A stretch of DNA of 64,000 nucleotides, taken from Candidatus Campbellbacteria bacterium GW2011_OD1_34_28 (GTDB taxonomy: Bacteria > Patescibacteriota > Minisyncoccia > Phycocordibacterales > UBA12079). Below the pieces are notes generated by a model. It ran no database searches. It was not told the origin of the DNA and was given only the letters and a program-made list of their open reading frames with translations. Where the stretch lies: contig CP011215.1 in NCBI GenBank assembly GCA_001029775.1, positions 274,685 to 338,684 on the forward strand. The letters run 5' to 3'. The position numbers were made by a program, and so were the translations under genes. Shown piece after piece: positions 29,402 through 37,524 of this stretch (within the stretch, counting starts at the first letter, position 1; every line of letters begins with the position of its first letter).

Positions 29402-29980
29402 ATGGAAACACAAGAAAACGAACAAGAAAATAAGATAACAAAGCAAGACGCCAGCGCCGGAAGAAATTGGTATGCAATTCACACATATGCTGGTTATGAA
29501 AATGCTGTTGTAAGAAATCTTAAACAAAGAGTAGAGTCTTTGGGTATGCAAGATCTTATTTTTGATGTTGTTGTTCCGACAGAAAAGAAAATAAAGATAA
29601 AAGGAGGAAAGAGAGTGGAAGAAATGGAAAAAGTTTATCCAGGATATGTTTTGGTAGATATGATCGTAACAGATGAATCATGGTATGTTGTGAGAAATAC
29701 TCCAAGAGTTACTGGTTTCGTTGGGGCGGGAGTAAACCCAGTTCCTGTCAGTCAAACAGAGATGGTAGATTTGATGGCAAGAATGAACACAGATATTACC
29801 AAACACTCTATTGATCTTCAGGCAGACGATGCAGTTATCATTGTCGACGGTCCTTTCAAGGATACAGAAGGAAAGGTAATTGAGTCAGACGAAAAGAGCG
29901 GTAAAGTAAAAGTGCTCGTTTCAATGTTCGGAAGAGAAACCCCTGTAGAGTTGGACTTTTTACAAGTAAAGAGAATATAA
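29402..29980 (+). CDS. nusG: Transcription termination/antitermination factor NusG
   Basis: WYAIHTYAGYE, PGYVLV, VRNTPRVTGFVG, FGRETPVEL. Confidence 0.98.
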   Translation: METQENEQENKITKQDASAGRNWYAIHTYAGYENAVVRNLKQRVESLGMQDLIFDVVVPTEKKIKIKGGKRVEEMEKVYPGYVLVDMIVTDESWYVVRNTPRVTGFVGAGVNPVPVSQTEMVDLMARMNTDITKHSIDLQADDAVIIVDGPFKDTEGKVIESDEKSGKVKVLVSMFGRETPVELDFLQVKRI

Positions 29981-30086
29981 AGTTTAATTAAAAATTAAAT
30001 TAAGCCAACAGCCGATAGCCGATAGCCAGGTTTTAAAAAATCTTGCTATAAGCTATAAGCTATAAGCTTTTGAAAAATATGGCAAA
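29951..30086 (+). repeat. nusG 3' end plus rplK leader, duplicated (inverted) at 60604-60754
   Basis: Near-identical apart from heptamer copy number. Confidence 0.92.
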
Positions 30087-30501
30087 AGAAGTAATAAAAA
30101 AATTAAAGTTGCAAATTCCTGCGGGAAAAGCAACACCAGCACCTCCTACAGGACCAGCTCTTGGTCAAGCAGGAGTTAACATCAGTGAATTCGTAAATCA
30201 ATTTAACGAAGCAACAAGAGAAAAAGCAGGAAATATTATTCCTGTTGAAATCTCGGTTTATGAAGACAGAACATTTAGCTTTGTTTTGAAGACACCTCCA
30301 GCATCAAGACTTATTTTAAAAGCTCTTGGAGTTGAAAAAGGTTCAGGAAAAAATGTTTCAAAAAAAGTTGGTACAATAACAAAAGACCAAGTTAGACAAA
30401 TTGCAGAAGAGAAAATGCCTGACTTGAGTGCAAACGATGTTGAATCAGCTATGAAAATTATAGAGGGAACAGCTAGATCAATGGGTGTTGAAGTTAAATA
30501 A
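30079..30501 (+). CDS. rplK: 50S ribosomal protein L11
   Basis: [31 protein letters not shown]. Confidence 0.98.
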   Translation: MAKEVIKKLKLQIPAGKATPAPPTGPALGQAGVNISEFVNQFNEATREKAGNIIPVEISVYEDRTFSFVLKTPPASRLILKALGVEKGSGKNVSKKVGTITKDQVRQIAEEKMPDLSANDVESAMKIIEGTARSMGVEVK

Positions 30502-30561
30502 ATAAAATAAAAATGACAGAAGCCTTGCTTCTGTCATTTTTATTTTATTTATTTAACTTCA
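30490..30561. terminator. Very long inverted-repeat terminator after rplK
   Basis: GAAGTTAAATAAATAAAATAAAAATGACAGAAGC...GCTTCTGTCATTTTTATTTTATTTATTTAACTTC. Confidence 0.8.
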
Positions 30562-30696
30562 AGTAGTAAGGTGTAAGTAATAAGCAGAGAAAAGAATTTA
30601 GAAAATAGACCTGCCTGCCGTGTCGCTGCTTTTCTTTCAGAAAAGAGGCAGGATTTAGAATTTACCCCGTTTTTCTATAAGCTATCAGTTTTTCTG

Positions 30697-30725
30697 TTGA
30701 CTTCTTTTGTCTAAAAAACTATACT
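30697..30725 (+). promoter_or_regulatory. Sigma70-type promoter of tmk
   Basis: TTGACT-17-TATACT. Confidence 0.7.
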
Positions 30726-30775
30726 CGCTTTAGGAATTTTGAAATTCAAATCTCTAATCAAAAAGAGGTGCTTGT

Positions 30776-31423
30776 ATGTTCATAACATTGGAAGGTGGAG
30801 AAGGGGCCGGCAAAACGACCCAGATAGAAAGAATTTTTCAATATTTATCTCAAAAAGGTCATTCGTGTGTAAAGACGAGAGAACCTGGACACGGTTTTAT
30901 TGGGAGACAGATTCGTGCTTTGTTGATGCTTCCTGAAAATGAAACACTTGTTCCAACAGCAGAACTGCTTTTGTTTATGGCAGATCGGGCACAGCACATT
31001 GAATCATTTATTTTGCCCGAAATGCAAAAAGGCAACGTGGTTTTGTGTGATCGCTTTTTTGATTCAACAATTGTCTACCAAGGTTTTGCGGGAAGGATTG
31101 GTGTTGAGAGAGTGATTGCATTTCACGATGTTGTCTTTAGCCATTTTCGTCCCGATCTTACGATTTTGTTTGATTTGTCTCCCGAGGTTGGTCTTGCTCG
31201 GACGATGTGCCAGCTTGATCAAGGAGAGCGATGCGAGAGTGAATCTCGTTTTGAAAAAAAGATGTTGGATTTTCATGAAAGGATTCGTGAAGGATTTTTA
31301 GGTCTTTCAAAATTGGAGTCAAAAAGAATAAAAGTAGTTAATGCAGAATTTTCTCAAGAAGAAGTTTGGTCTCAGATCAAAAAAATTCTTGATGAATTTC
31401 TTGCGAACAACCCCGTCCAGTAG
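30776..31423 (+). CDS. tmk: Thymidylate kinase
   Basis: FITLEGGEGAGKTT, TREPG, LCDRFFDSTIVYQG. Confidence 0.97.
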   Translation: MFITLEGGEGAGKTTQIERIFQYLSQKGHSCVKTREPGHGFIGRQIRALLMLPENETLVPTAELLLFMADRAQHIESFILPEMQKGNVVLCDRFFDSTIVYQGFAGRIGVERVIAFHDVVFSHFRPDLTILFDLSPEVGLARTMCQLDQGERCESESRFEKKMLDFHERIREGFLGLSKLESKRIKVVNAEFSQEEVWSQIKKILDEFLANNPVQ

Positions 31424-31527
31424 ACGGGGTTTTAAATTTGAATATATGTAGGATTATTTAAAAATATCTTTTACCACTATCCCAAAATTTTAACGACCGT
31501 TAAAATTTTGGGATAAGGTTGTTTTTG

Positions 31528-31556
31528 TTGACTTCACCCGCTCAAATAACTATACT
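31528..31556 (+). promoter_or_regulatory. Sigma70-type promoter of thyX
   Basis: TTGACT-17-TATACT. Confidence 0.7.
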
Positions 31557-31616
31557 TCTTTTCAGGTTTGTTGTTCGTCATTAAAAGCCCATAAGGGCAA
31601 AACAAAGGAGAGGTCT

Positions 31617-32621
31617 ATGAGAAATCTGTTGGTTGTTCCGCCGTCGTCTGAGATTTTGCCGGACGATCTTGGTCTGGCACAGAGGATTGAATACACCGGT
31701 CGGATATGTTACAAAAGCGAAGATAAAATCACGCCTGATTCATCAGCCGGTTTTTGTCGGGACATGACAGGCCACAAACACAATTCTGTTCTTGAAATGG
31801 CCGTTCGGAGCTACTGGTTTAACATCAATTCTTACCCGTATATGAACGAGATTCTTAAATCAATCCCGAAATACCTCATCATTGATGAGGTTGGCATCGG
31901 AGAATGGTTTATAACAGGAAGTGTGCGGGCATTTCGTGAGATGTTTATGTGGTTTCCGGATAACGCGATTTTTCAGGCGATTGCATTTGATATCAACAAA
32001 TCGCACCCGTATTTTTTTGAAGACCTCAAGAAGATTCTCCCTGAATCAGCCCCAGCGAATGTTTCTTATCGTCAGATTCCCCTTGAGGAAATTGATCAAA
32101 TGTCCACAACAATTCAGGCGCGGCATCGTCATGTCGCGGTAAAGTTTATCGTTAATCGTGCCGTGACACACGAGATCGTTCGCCACCGTCCCTGCGCTTT
32201 TCTTCAGGAGAGCCAGCGTTACTGTCGTTACGGTAGTGGCAAATTCGGCGACAGGGTTACCTTTATCAAGCCGATGTTTTTCAAAGAGGACAGCGAAGGT
32301 TATCGTCTGTGGGAGCAGGCGATGCTGGAGACCGAGAGGATTTATCTTGACCTCGTTAACATGAAGGACGAGAACGGAAAAAATCTTTATACGGCTCAGG
32401 CCGCTCGTACGGTTCTTCCAAACTCGTGTAAGACCGAACTTTTTTTGTATGCCCCTCTGACAGAGTGGCATCACATTTTGCACATGCGTACCAGCAAAGC
32501 GGCAGAACCCTCTATGAGAGAAGTGATGGTTCCGCTTCAGCAAGAGTTCATCACACGCTGGCCCAACCAGAATTTCGGCGAACCTCTTCGGATGCCGGAA
32601 GGCCATGTGGTTCAAAGGTAA
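31617..32621 (+). CDS. thyX: FAD-dependent thymidylate synthase (long form)
   Basis: GRICYKS, HNSVLE, THEIVRHR...QESQRY, ARTVLPN. Confidence 0.95.
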   Translation: MRNLLVVPPSSEILPDDLGLAQRIEYTGRICYKSEDKITPDSSAGFCRDMTGHKHNSVLEMAVRSYWFNINSYPYMNEILKSIPKYLIIDEVGIGEWFITGSVRAFREMFMWFPDNAIFQAIAFDINKSHPYFFEDLKKILPESAPANVSYRQIPLEEIDQMSTTIQARHRHVAVKFIVNRAVTHEIVRHRPCAFLQESQRYCRYGSGKFGDRVTFIKPMFFKEDSEGYRLWEQAMLETERIYLDLVNMKDENGKNLYTAQAARTVLPNSCKTELFLYAPLTEWHHILHMRTSKAAEPSMREVMVPLQQEFITRWPNQNFGEPLRMPEGHVVQR

Positions 32622-32723
32622 TAATTGAAATATTTACCAAAAAGAAAGGTCTAACTTTTCACAAAGCCCCGACTTCGGTTCGGGGCTTTTTTTTATCCTT
32701 TATTTAGGCTACTATATTGATTA

Positions 32724-34424
32724 ATGATTAAGAATGAGTTGGAAAAAGTAATAAAGTCCGCTGTGTCCGAGTTGGGTATAGAAGCAGGGAAGGTTCATCT
32801 GGAACACCCTGTTGATTTAAAAATGGGTGATTATTCTACTAATGTGGCGATGGTTTATGCAAAACAGATAGGACAGAATCCTCGCGAACTTGCTGAAAAA
32901 ATTGTCGAAAGAATTAAGGCAATTCCAACAGCAACCGGGTTGCTGTTAGGCGTGGAGGTGGCGGGTGCTGGGTTTATAAATTTTTATTTAAAGTCAGAGT
33001 TTTTTGCTGACTCTGTAAAAGATGTTTTAGAAAAAAAAGATGATTACGGAAAAAATGAAAAGTTGAAAGGTAAAAAAATGATGGTGGAATACACCGACCC
33101 AAATCCTTTCAAAGAAATTCATATCGGACATCTAATGACCAATGCTATTGGAGAATCTATTGCAAGAATTATTTCTGCTCAGGGAGCGCAGGTTATTCGT
33201 GCAAACTACCAAGGTGATGTAGGAATGCATGTTGCCAAAGCGGTTTATGGACTTTTGAAATTGGGATACGACGGTTCAAAGATAGGCGAGCTGGCGAGTG
33301 CTTATGCATATGGTGCAAAAGATTTTGATGAAAATAGAAAAGAAATAACCGAAATAAATAAAAAAATTTATGAAAGAAGTGATGAAAAAATAAATGCTCT
33401 TTATGATATTGGTAGAGAAGCAAGTTTGCGTTATTTTGAAGTAATTTATAAAAAATTGGGAATGTTTCCTACAAAACAAGGTAAACATTTTGATGAATAT
33501 TTTTTTGAGAGTGAAACAGCACCGATTGGAAAAGAATTTGTTAAAGGAAATATAGGAAAAGTTTTTAACGAGAGCGAAGGCGCTGTAATCTTTGAGGGAG
33601 AAAAATATGGATTGCATACCCGTGTCTTTTTGAATTCCGAAGGTATTCCTACTTATGAAGCAAAGGATTTGGGACTTATAAAAACAAAGTTTGAAAAGTA
33701 TCCCGACTTGGATTTGTCTATTTCAATAACAGGAAATGAAGTAAACGAATATTTTAAGGTGATGTTAAAATCTGCTGAATTGATAGAACCACAATTGGCA
33801 GAAAAAACAAAACACATTTCACATGGAATGTTGCGATTGCCAGAAGGAAAAATGTCGTCACGAACAGGAGATGTAATAAGTGCCGTTGGATTGATGGCGG
33901 AAATAGAAAAAGAAGTCCAAAAGAGAATGGAAAAGAAAGAAAGTCTTGATTATGATAAGACTGTCGAACAAGTAACATTGTCTGCGATCAAATATTCTAT
34001 TTTGAAATCTGCCAACGGAAAAGATGTTGTCTTTGATATGAATAAATCCGTATCTATTGAAGGAAACTCTGGACCTTATTTGCAATACACAAATGCGAGA
34101 ATAAATTCTATTTTGGAAAAAGCAAAACAAGAAAATATAAAAAGTTGGGAGCAAGGCACCCAAATAGAAATATCCGATGTGGAGAAAATTCTTTATCGTT
34201 TTCCAGAGGTGGTTGAGAGAGTGGGTGAAGAATACGAACCTCATTATATTGCGGTATATTTGTCAGAATTAGCGCAAGCATTTAACTCTTATTATTCCGC
34301 AAACAAAATTGTAGATAGCGGAGATATTAATTCTCCTTATCGTACAGCTCTTGCTCAAGCAGTAGGGCAGGTGATTAAAAATGGGCTGTATCTTTTGGGA
34401 ATTGAGTCTCCTGAGAAGATGTAA
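32724..34424 (+). CDS. argS: Arginine--tRNA ligase
   Basis: GDYSTN, PNPFKEIHIGH, KMSSRTG, GPYLQY. Confidence 0.97.
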   Translation: MIKNELEKVIKSAVSELGIEAGKVHLEHPVDLKMGDYSTNVAMVYAKQIGQNPRELAEKIVERIKAIPTATGLLLGVEVAGAGFINFYLKSEFFADSVKDVLEKKDDYGKNEKLKGKKMMVEYTDPNPFKEIHIGHLMTNAIGESIARIISAQGAQVIRANYQGDVGMHVAKAVYGLLKLGYDGSKIGELASAYAYGAKDFDENRKEITEINKKIYERSDEKINALYDIGREASLRYFEVIYKKLGMFPTKQGKHFDEYFFESETAPIGKEFVKGNIGKVFNESEGAVIFEGEKYGLHTRVFLNSEGIPTYEAKDLGLIKTKFEKYPDLDLSISITGNEVNEYFKVMLKSAELIEPQLAEKTKHISHGMLRLPEGKMSSRTGDVISAVGLMAEIEKEVQKRMEKKESLDYDKTVEQVTLSAIKYSILKSANGKDVVFDMNKSVSIEGNSGPYLQYTNARINSILEKAKQENIKSWEQGTQIEISDVEKILYRFPEVVERVGEEYEPHYIAVYLSELAQAFNSYYSANKIVDSGDINSPYRTALAQAVGQVIKNGLYLLGIESPEKM

Positions 34425-34463
34425 TATAGTATGATTAATTATTAATTTAAATTATTTTTTAAA

Positions 34464-34925
34464 ATGGAAAACAAAAATTATTATTGGATTATTTTAGTTT
34501 TATTAGTGTTAGTGGTTGGAGGTTTTTGGTATTATCAAACATACCAAGTCAATCCAAAATCAGAAGATGAATCTTCTGAAGTAAAGATAATCGATTCTTC
34601 TGACACCATTTCTAATAATGTAAGCACTTCTACCGTTCAGATTTATGGTGAGGAATATGAAAAATTTTTAATTGGTACATGGCAGAATTCTGCGAATATT
34701 TTGGATATGACAGTAATAAAACAAGACGGAACAATTGAAAATATTTATGATGGTGATTTGGTTAGTTCTGGAACTTGGAAGACAGAAGGATATCATTTAA
34801 AAATTACCACAAACGGACAAGATAAAACCTACACAGTTTTATTTGCGGGTAATGAGAGGTTGCAACTGGCTCCTTCTCCAGCAGGAACAGGGAATAATTT
34901 GAATTTTACAAGAGTTATTAAATAA
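34464..34925 (+). CDS. Membrane-anchored hypothetical protein (lipocalin-like)
   Basis: N-terminal TM; LIGTW...GTW. Confidence 0.6.
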   Translation: MENKNYYWIILVLLVLVVGGFWYYQTYQVNPKSEDESSEVKIIDSSDTISNNVSTSTVQIYGEEYEKFLIGTWQNSANILDMTVIKQDGTIENIYDGDLVSSGTWKTEGYHLKITTNGQDKTYTVLFAGNERLQLAPSPAGTGNNLNFTRVIK

Positions 34926-35184
34926 ACTTAAAAGATAAAAGATGACCACAGCAAGACCGTGGTCATTTTTTGTTTGACTTTATGTTGTGTTTGAGTATTA
35001 TGTACACATAAATGTTCTTGATTAAATCTTGAAAAGAGATGCATTTGTAAGTATTTTCCGGCGTGGAAGACATTGGTTTTCCGGAAAACCAGAGTCAAAA
35101 CTTTCAGATGTTTAGCGAACGAACCGGTGTGAGGACACTGTCGCTGGTCTTTTCTCTCCTCATCTCTTTTCATCCTTGTTGTGT

Positions 35185-35265
35185 TGGGGCGTAGCTCAAT
35201 CTCTCTCTTGGCAGAGCGCCTGTTTGAGAACAGGAAGATGGTCGGTTCGAATCCGTCCGCTCCAA
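35185..35265 (+). pseudogene. Aberrant tRNA-like sequence
   Basis: TGGGGCG/CGCTCCA acceptor, GCTC/GAGC D-stem with 16-nt loop, CCTGT-TTGAGA-ACAGG 6-nt anticodon loop, GGTTCGAATCC. Confidence 0.75.
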
Positions 35266-35299
35266 TCAAAAATAAAAGTCCGCCTGTGGCGGACTTTTT

Positions 35300-36022
35300 C
35301 TATTGGTGGAGATTTTCTCTCCGCTCAGAAATATAGGCTCTCTTGATAGCGGTGTATTGGTCCACCGATCCATCCATAATACCTTTGTATGTTGGAGAAA
35401 AATCATGCCATAGATCGATAGAATCGGCTGATTGTAAAGAAAATCTTTCTACACTGCCGGTGTATTTTACTGGTGAAATAAAATATTCACCAAAATTACC
35501 AAAAGAACTGCGGAAAGTTCGGGGTCCAAATAATGGCCAGATGATGTAAACACCTTCGCCGACGCCCCAATAGGCAAGGCCTTGGTCGATGTCTTCTTCA
35601 TCTGGCGGGTTAAATTTTACTGGTCGAAAAATTCCGCCGATTCCAAAAAAAGAATTGTTAATTGTTTCATTCATTGTGAGACCGACAATTTCTCCTTTTC
35701 CTTGCATTGCTGCTCCAAAAAGACGAGTTGGAAATGAAAGGTTGTAAAAGAAATTTCCGATACAGTCTCGGACAGGCTCCGGAATTTTTTCGTAAAGATT
35801 TTTGTTGATTGGTTCCAGTACCCACATATAGAATTTGTCGTTGACGTAAAATGTGATTCTGTTCAGTGGTTCAAAAGGGTCCCATACTTCACACACTGTT
35901 TGCTCTTCGTCTGAAAGAGGGTCTTCATAAAAAACGCACCCTTCCGGTTTTTGAGCACAACCGATTTGAGTTGTAACCAATAATAAAAAAATTGACGAAA
36001 GAACCCATTCTTTTTTCTGCAT
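35300..36022 (-). CDS. mlaA: MlaA/VacJ family lipoprotein
   Basis: Lipobox-like IGC; DPFEPLNR...NDK, NFFYNL, INNSFFGIGG, EDIDQGL..WGVGEG...PLFGP. Confidence 0.88.
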   Translation of the reverse strand: MQKKEWVLSSIFLLLVTTQIGCAQKPEGCVFYEDPLSDEEQTVCEVWDPFEPLNRITFYVNDKFYMWVLEPINKNLYEKIPEPVRDCIGNFFYNLSFPTRLFGAAMQGKGEIVGLTMNETINNSFFGIGGIFRPVKFNPPDEEDIDQGLAYWGVGEGVYIIWPLFGPRTFRSSFGNFGEYFISPVKYTGSVERFSLQSADSIDLWHDFSPTYKGIMDGSVDQYTAIKRAYISERRENLHQ

Positions 36023-36125
36023 TTGCCCCTCCTTTTTTGTCGATGATAGACGGTTCTAGTATTTAGCGTATAGTAGTTTTGAATAATCTCAAAGGGGATA
36101 AATTTTGTTTAGATATTAAAAACAT

Positions 36126-36154
36126 TTGACATTTTTCTGTTTAGAATCTATCCT
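36126..36154 (+). promoter_or_regulatory. Sigma70-type promoter of the peptide-rSAM operon
   Basis: TTGACA-17-TATCCT. Confidence 0.65.
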
Positions 36155-36208
36155 TTTAAAAGGACTAGGTACTATTACGAAAATCTTTTAACCAGAGGAG
36201 GCGGTATC

Positions 36209-36310
36209 ATGAAGAGAAATGTGGCAAAAAAGAGCGGGAAGAAAATACCCCGTTCGAAAAAAAAGATTCGTGTGCGTATCGGCAAGGGTAGTTGCAGTAT
36301 TTGCGACTGA
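36209..36310 (+). CDS. Putative RiPP precursor peptide (33 aa, not in ORF track)
   Basis: AGAGGAGG SD; MKRNVAKKSGKKIPRSKKKIRVRIGKGSCSICD. Confidence 0.7.
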   Translation: MKRNVAKKSGKKIPRSKKKIRVRIGKGSCSICD

Positions 36311-36369
36311 TCTCGGCAAACAAGGAGGGCTCGCCCTCCTTGTTTTCAAATCAAGACAAGGGAGAAAAA

Positions 36370-37455
36370 ATGGATTGCAATACTGAAACACCAACATTAG
36401 ATGTTGAAATAGGTGATACTGTTTACGCAATTGAATTTGGACAGATTCAGATTGAAATTACCGGACTTTGTAATATGCATTGTCAGCATTGCAGGGCGTC
36501 GAATCAGCCTGTCGAGGAAATGAGTATTGATAATATCGTAAAAATTATCAAATTTGCTCGGCAGTTCAGCCCCAATTACAAAGAAATTGTCGTTTCAGGC
36601 GGTGAGCCAACATTGCATAGAGATTTTTCTGGCGTGTTGAAAGCTGTGAGAAAAAATGGCGGTGATTTTGTCACCCTTACTACAAACGGTTCCATTTTTA
36701 ATAAAACACATCTCGACTTGATCGAAAGCCTGGATTTTAAGCGCTTTGTTTTATCGGTCAGTATCGACAGTCTTGACGCCAAAGAGCACGACACTTTTCG
36801 TGGGTATCAGGGAGCGTTTGATAAAGCCGTTCGATCTTTGTCGTTAATTGCAGAAAGTAAACTTCCCAACATCGTTGCCTCGATGCGTTCTACCATCAAG
36901 GCTACACAAATCGACGATATGGAAGCTATGGCAGAATATGCTCAAAAAATAGGTTGTCAAAGAGTTAGTTTCTCTGCTATTCATCCGGCTGGTCGTGCCA
37001 TCTTGCGTCCTGATTTGTGGATGACCTCTGAGCAGAAACTCGCTTTTCTCAAAAACATCTACGCATTGAAGGAAAAATTTCCCGAGATGAACATCACGAC
37101 CAACGACCCTCTTAAATGTTTGTTGCGTGGCAAGAGTGATGTCGGAGGAGAAGACGAACTAGTCTTTGATGGTTGCGGAGCTGCGGCGATTACTTTCAAT
37201 GTAAATGCTGACGGGGTAATGACCCCTTGTGCGCTTCTGGATGTTCCGATGATGAACACGAAAAATCTTTCCATTGAGGAAATCACCGAACAGTATCGAA
37301 AAAACTGGATTGTGAGGAATATGCTCACTATGAATTTCGACGGTAAGTGTGGAACTTGCCCGACGAAATATCAGTGCGGTGGTTGTCGTGCCAGAGCATT
37401 GATTCAAAACGGCGACATGTTTGGCGAAGATCCTCATTGTTGGATTACACCGTAA
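36370..37455 (+). CDS. Radical SAM/SPASM domain protein
   Basis: CNMHCQHC, SGGEP, GCGA...TPC...CGTC...CGGCRARA...DPHC; ATG after GGAG. Confidence 0.93.
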   Translation: MDCNTETPTLDVEIGDTVYAIEFGQIQIEITGLCNMHCQHCRASNQPVEEMSIDNIVKIIKFARQFSPNYKEIVVSGGEPTLHRDFSGVLKAVRKNGGDFVTLTTNGSIFNKTHLDLIESLDFKRFVLSVSIDSLDAKEHDTFRGYQGAFDKAVRSLSLIAESKLPNIVASMRSTIKATQIDDMEAMAEYAQKIGCQRVSFSAIHPAGRAILRPDLWMTSEQKLAFLKNIYALKEKFPEMNITTNDPLKCLLRGKSDVGGEDELVFDGCGAAAITFNVNADGVMTPCALLDVPMMNTKNLSIEEITEQYRKNWIVRNMLTMNFDGKCGTCPTKYQCGGCRARALIQNGDMFGEDPHCWITP

Positions 37456-37524
37456 TTTTTGCAAGCCACCCTTTGGATAAGGGGTGGCTTTTTTGTTTGC
37501 CCGTTTTAGTGTATTATTTTTTCT

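Noticed and set aside
34928..35269. 113-aa minus-strand ORF
   Set aside because: Antisense to the tRNA-like sequence, with no SD or recognisable motif
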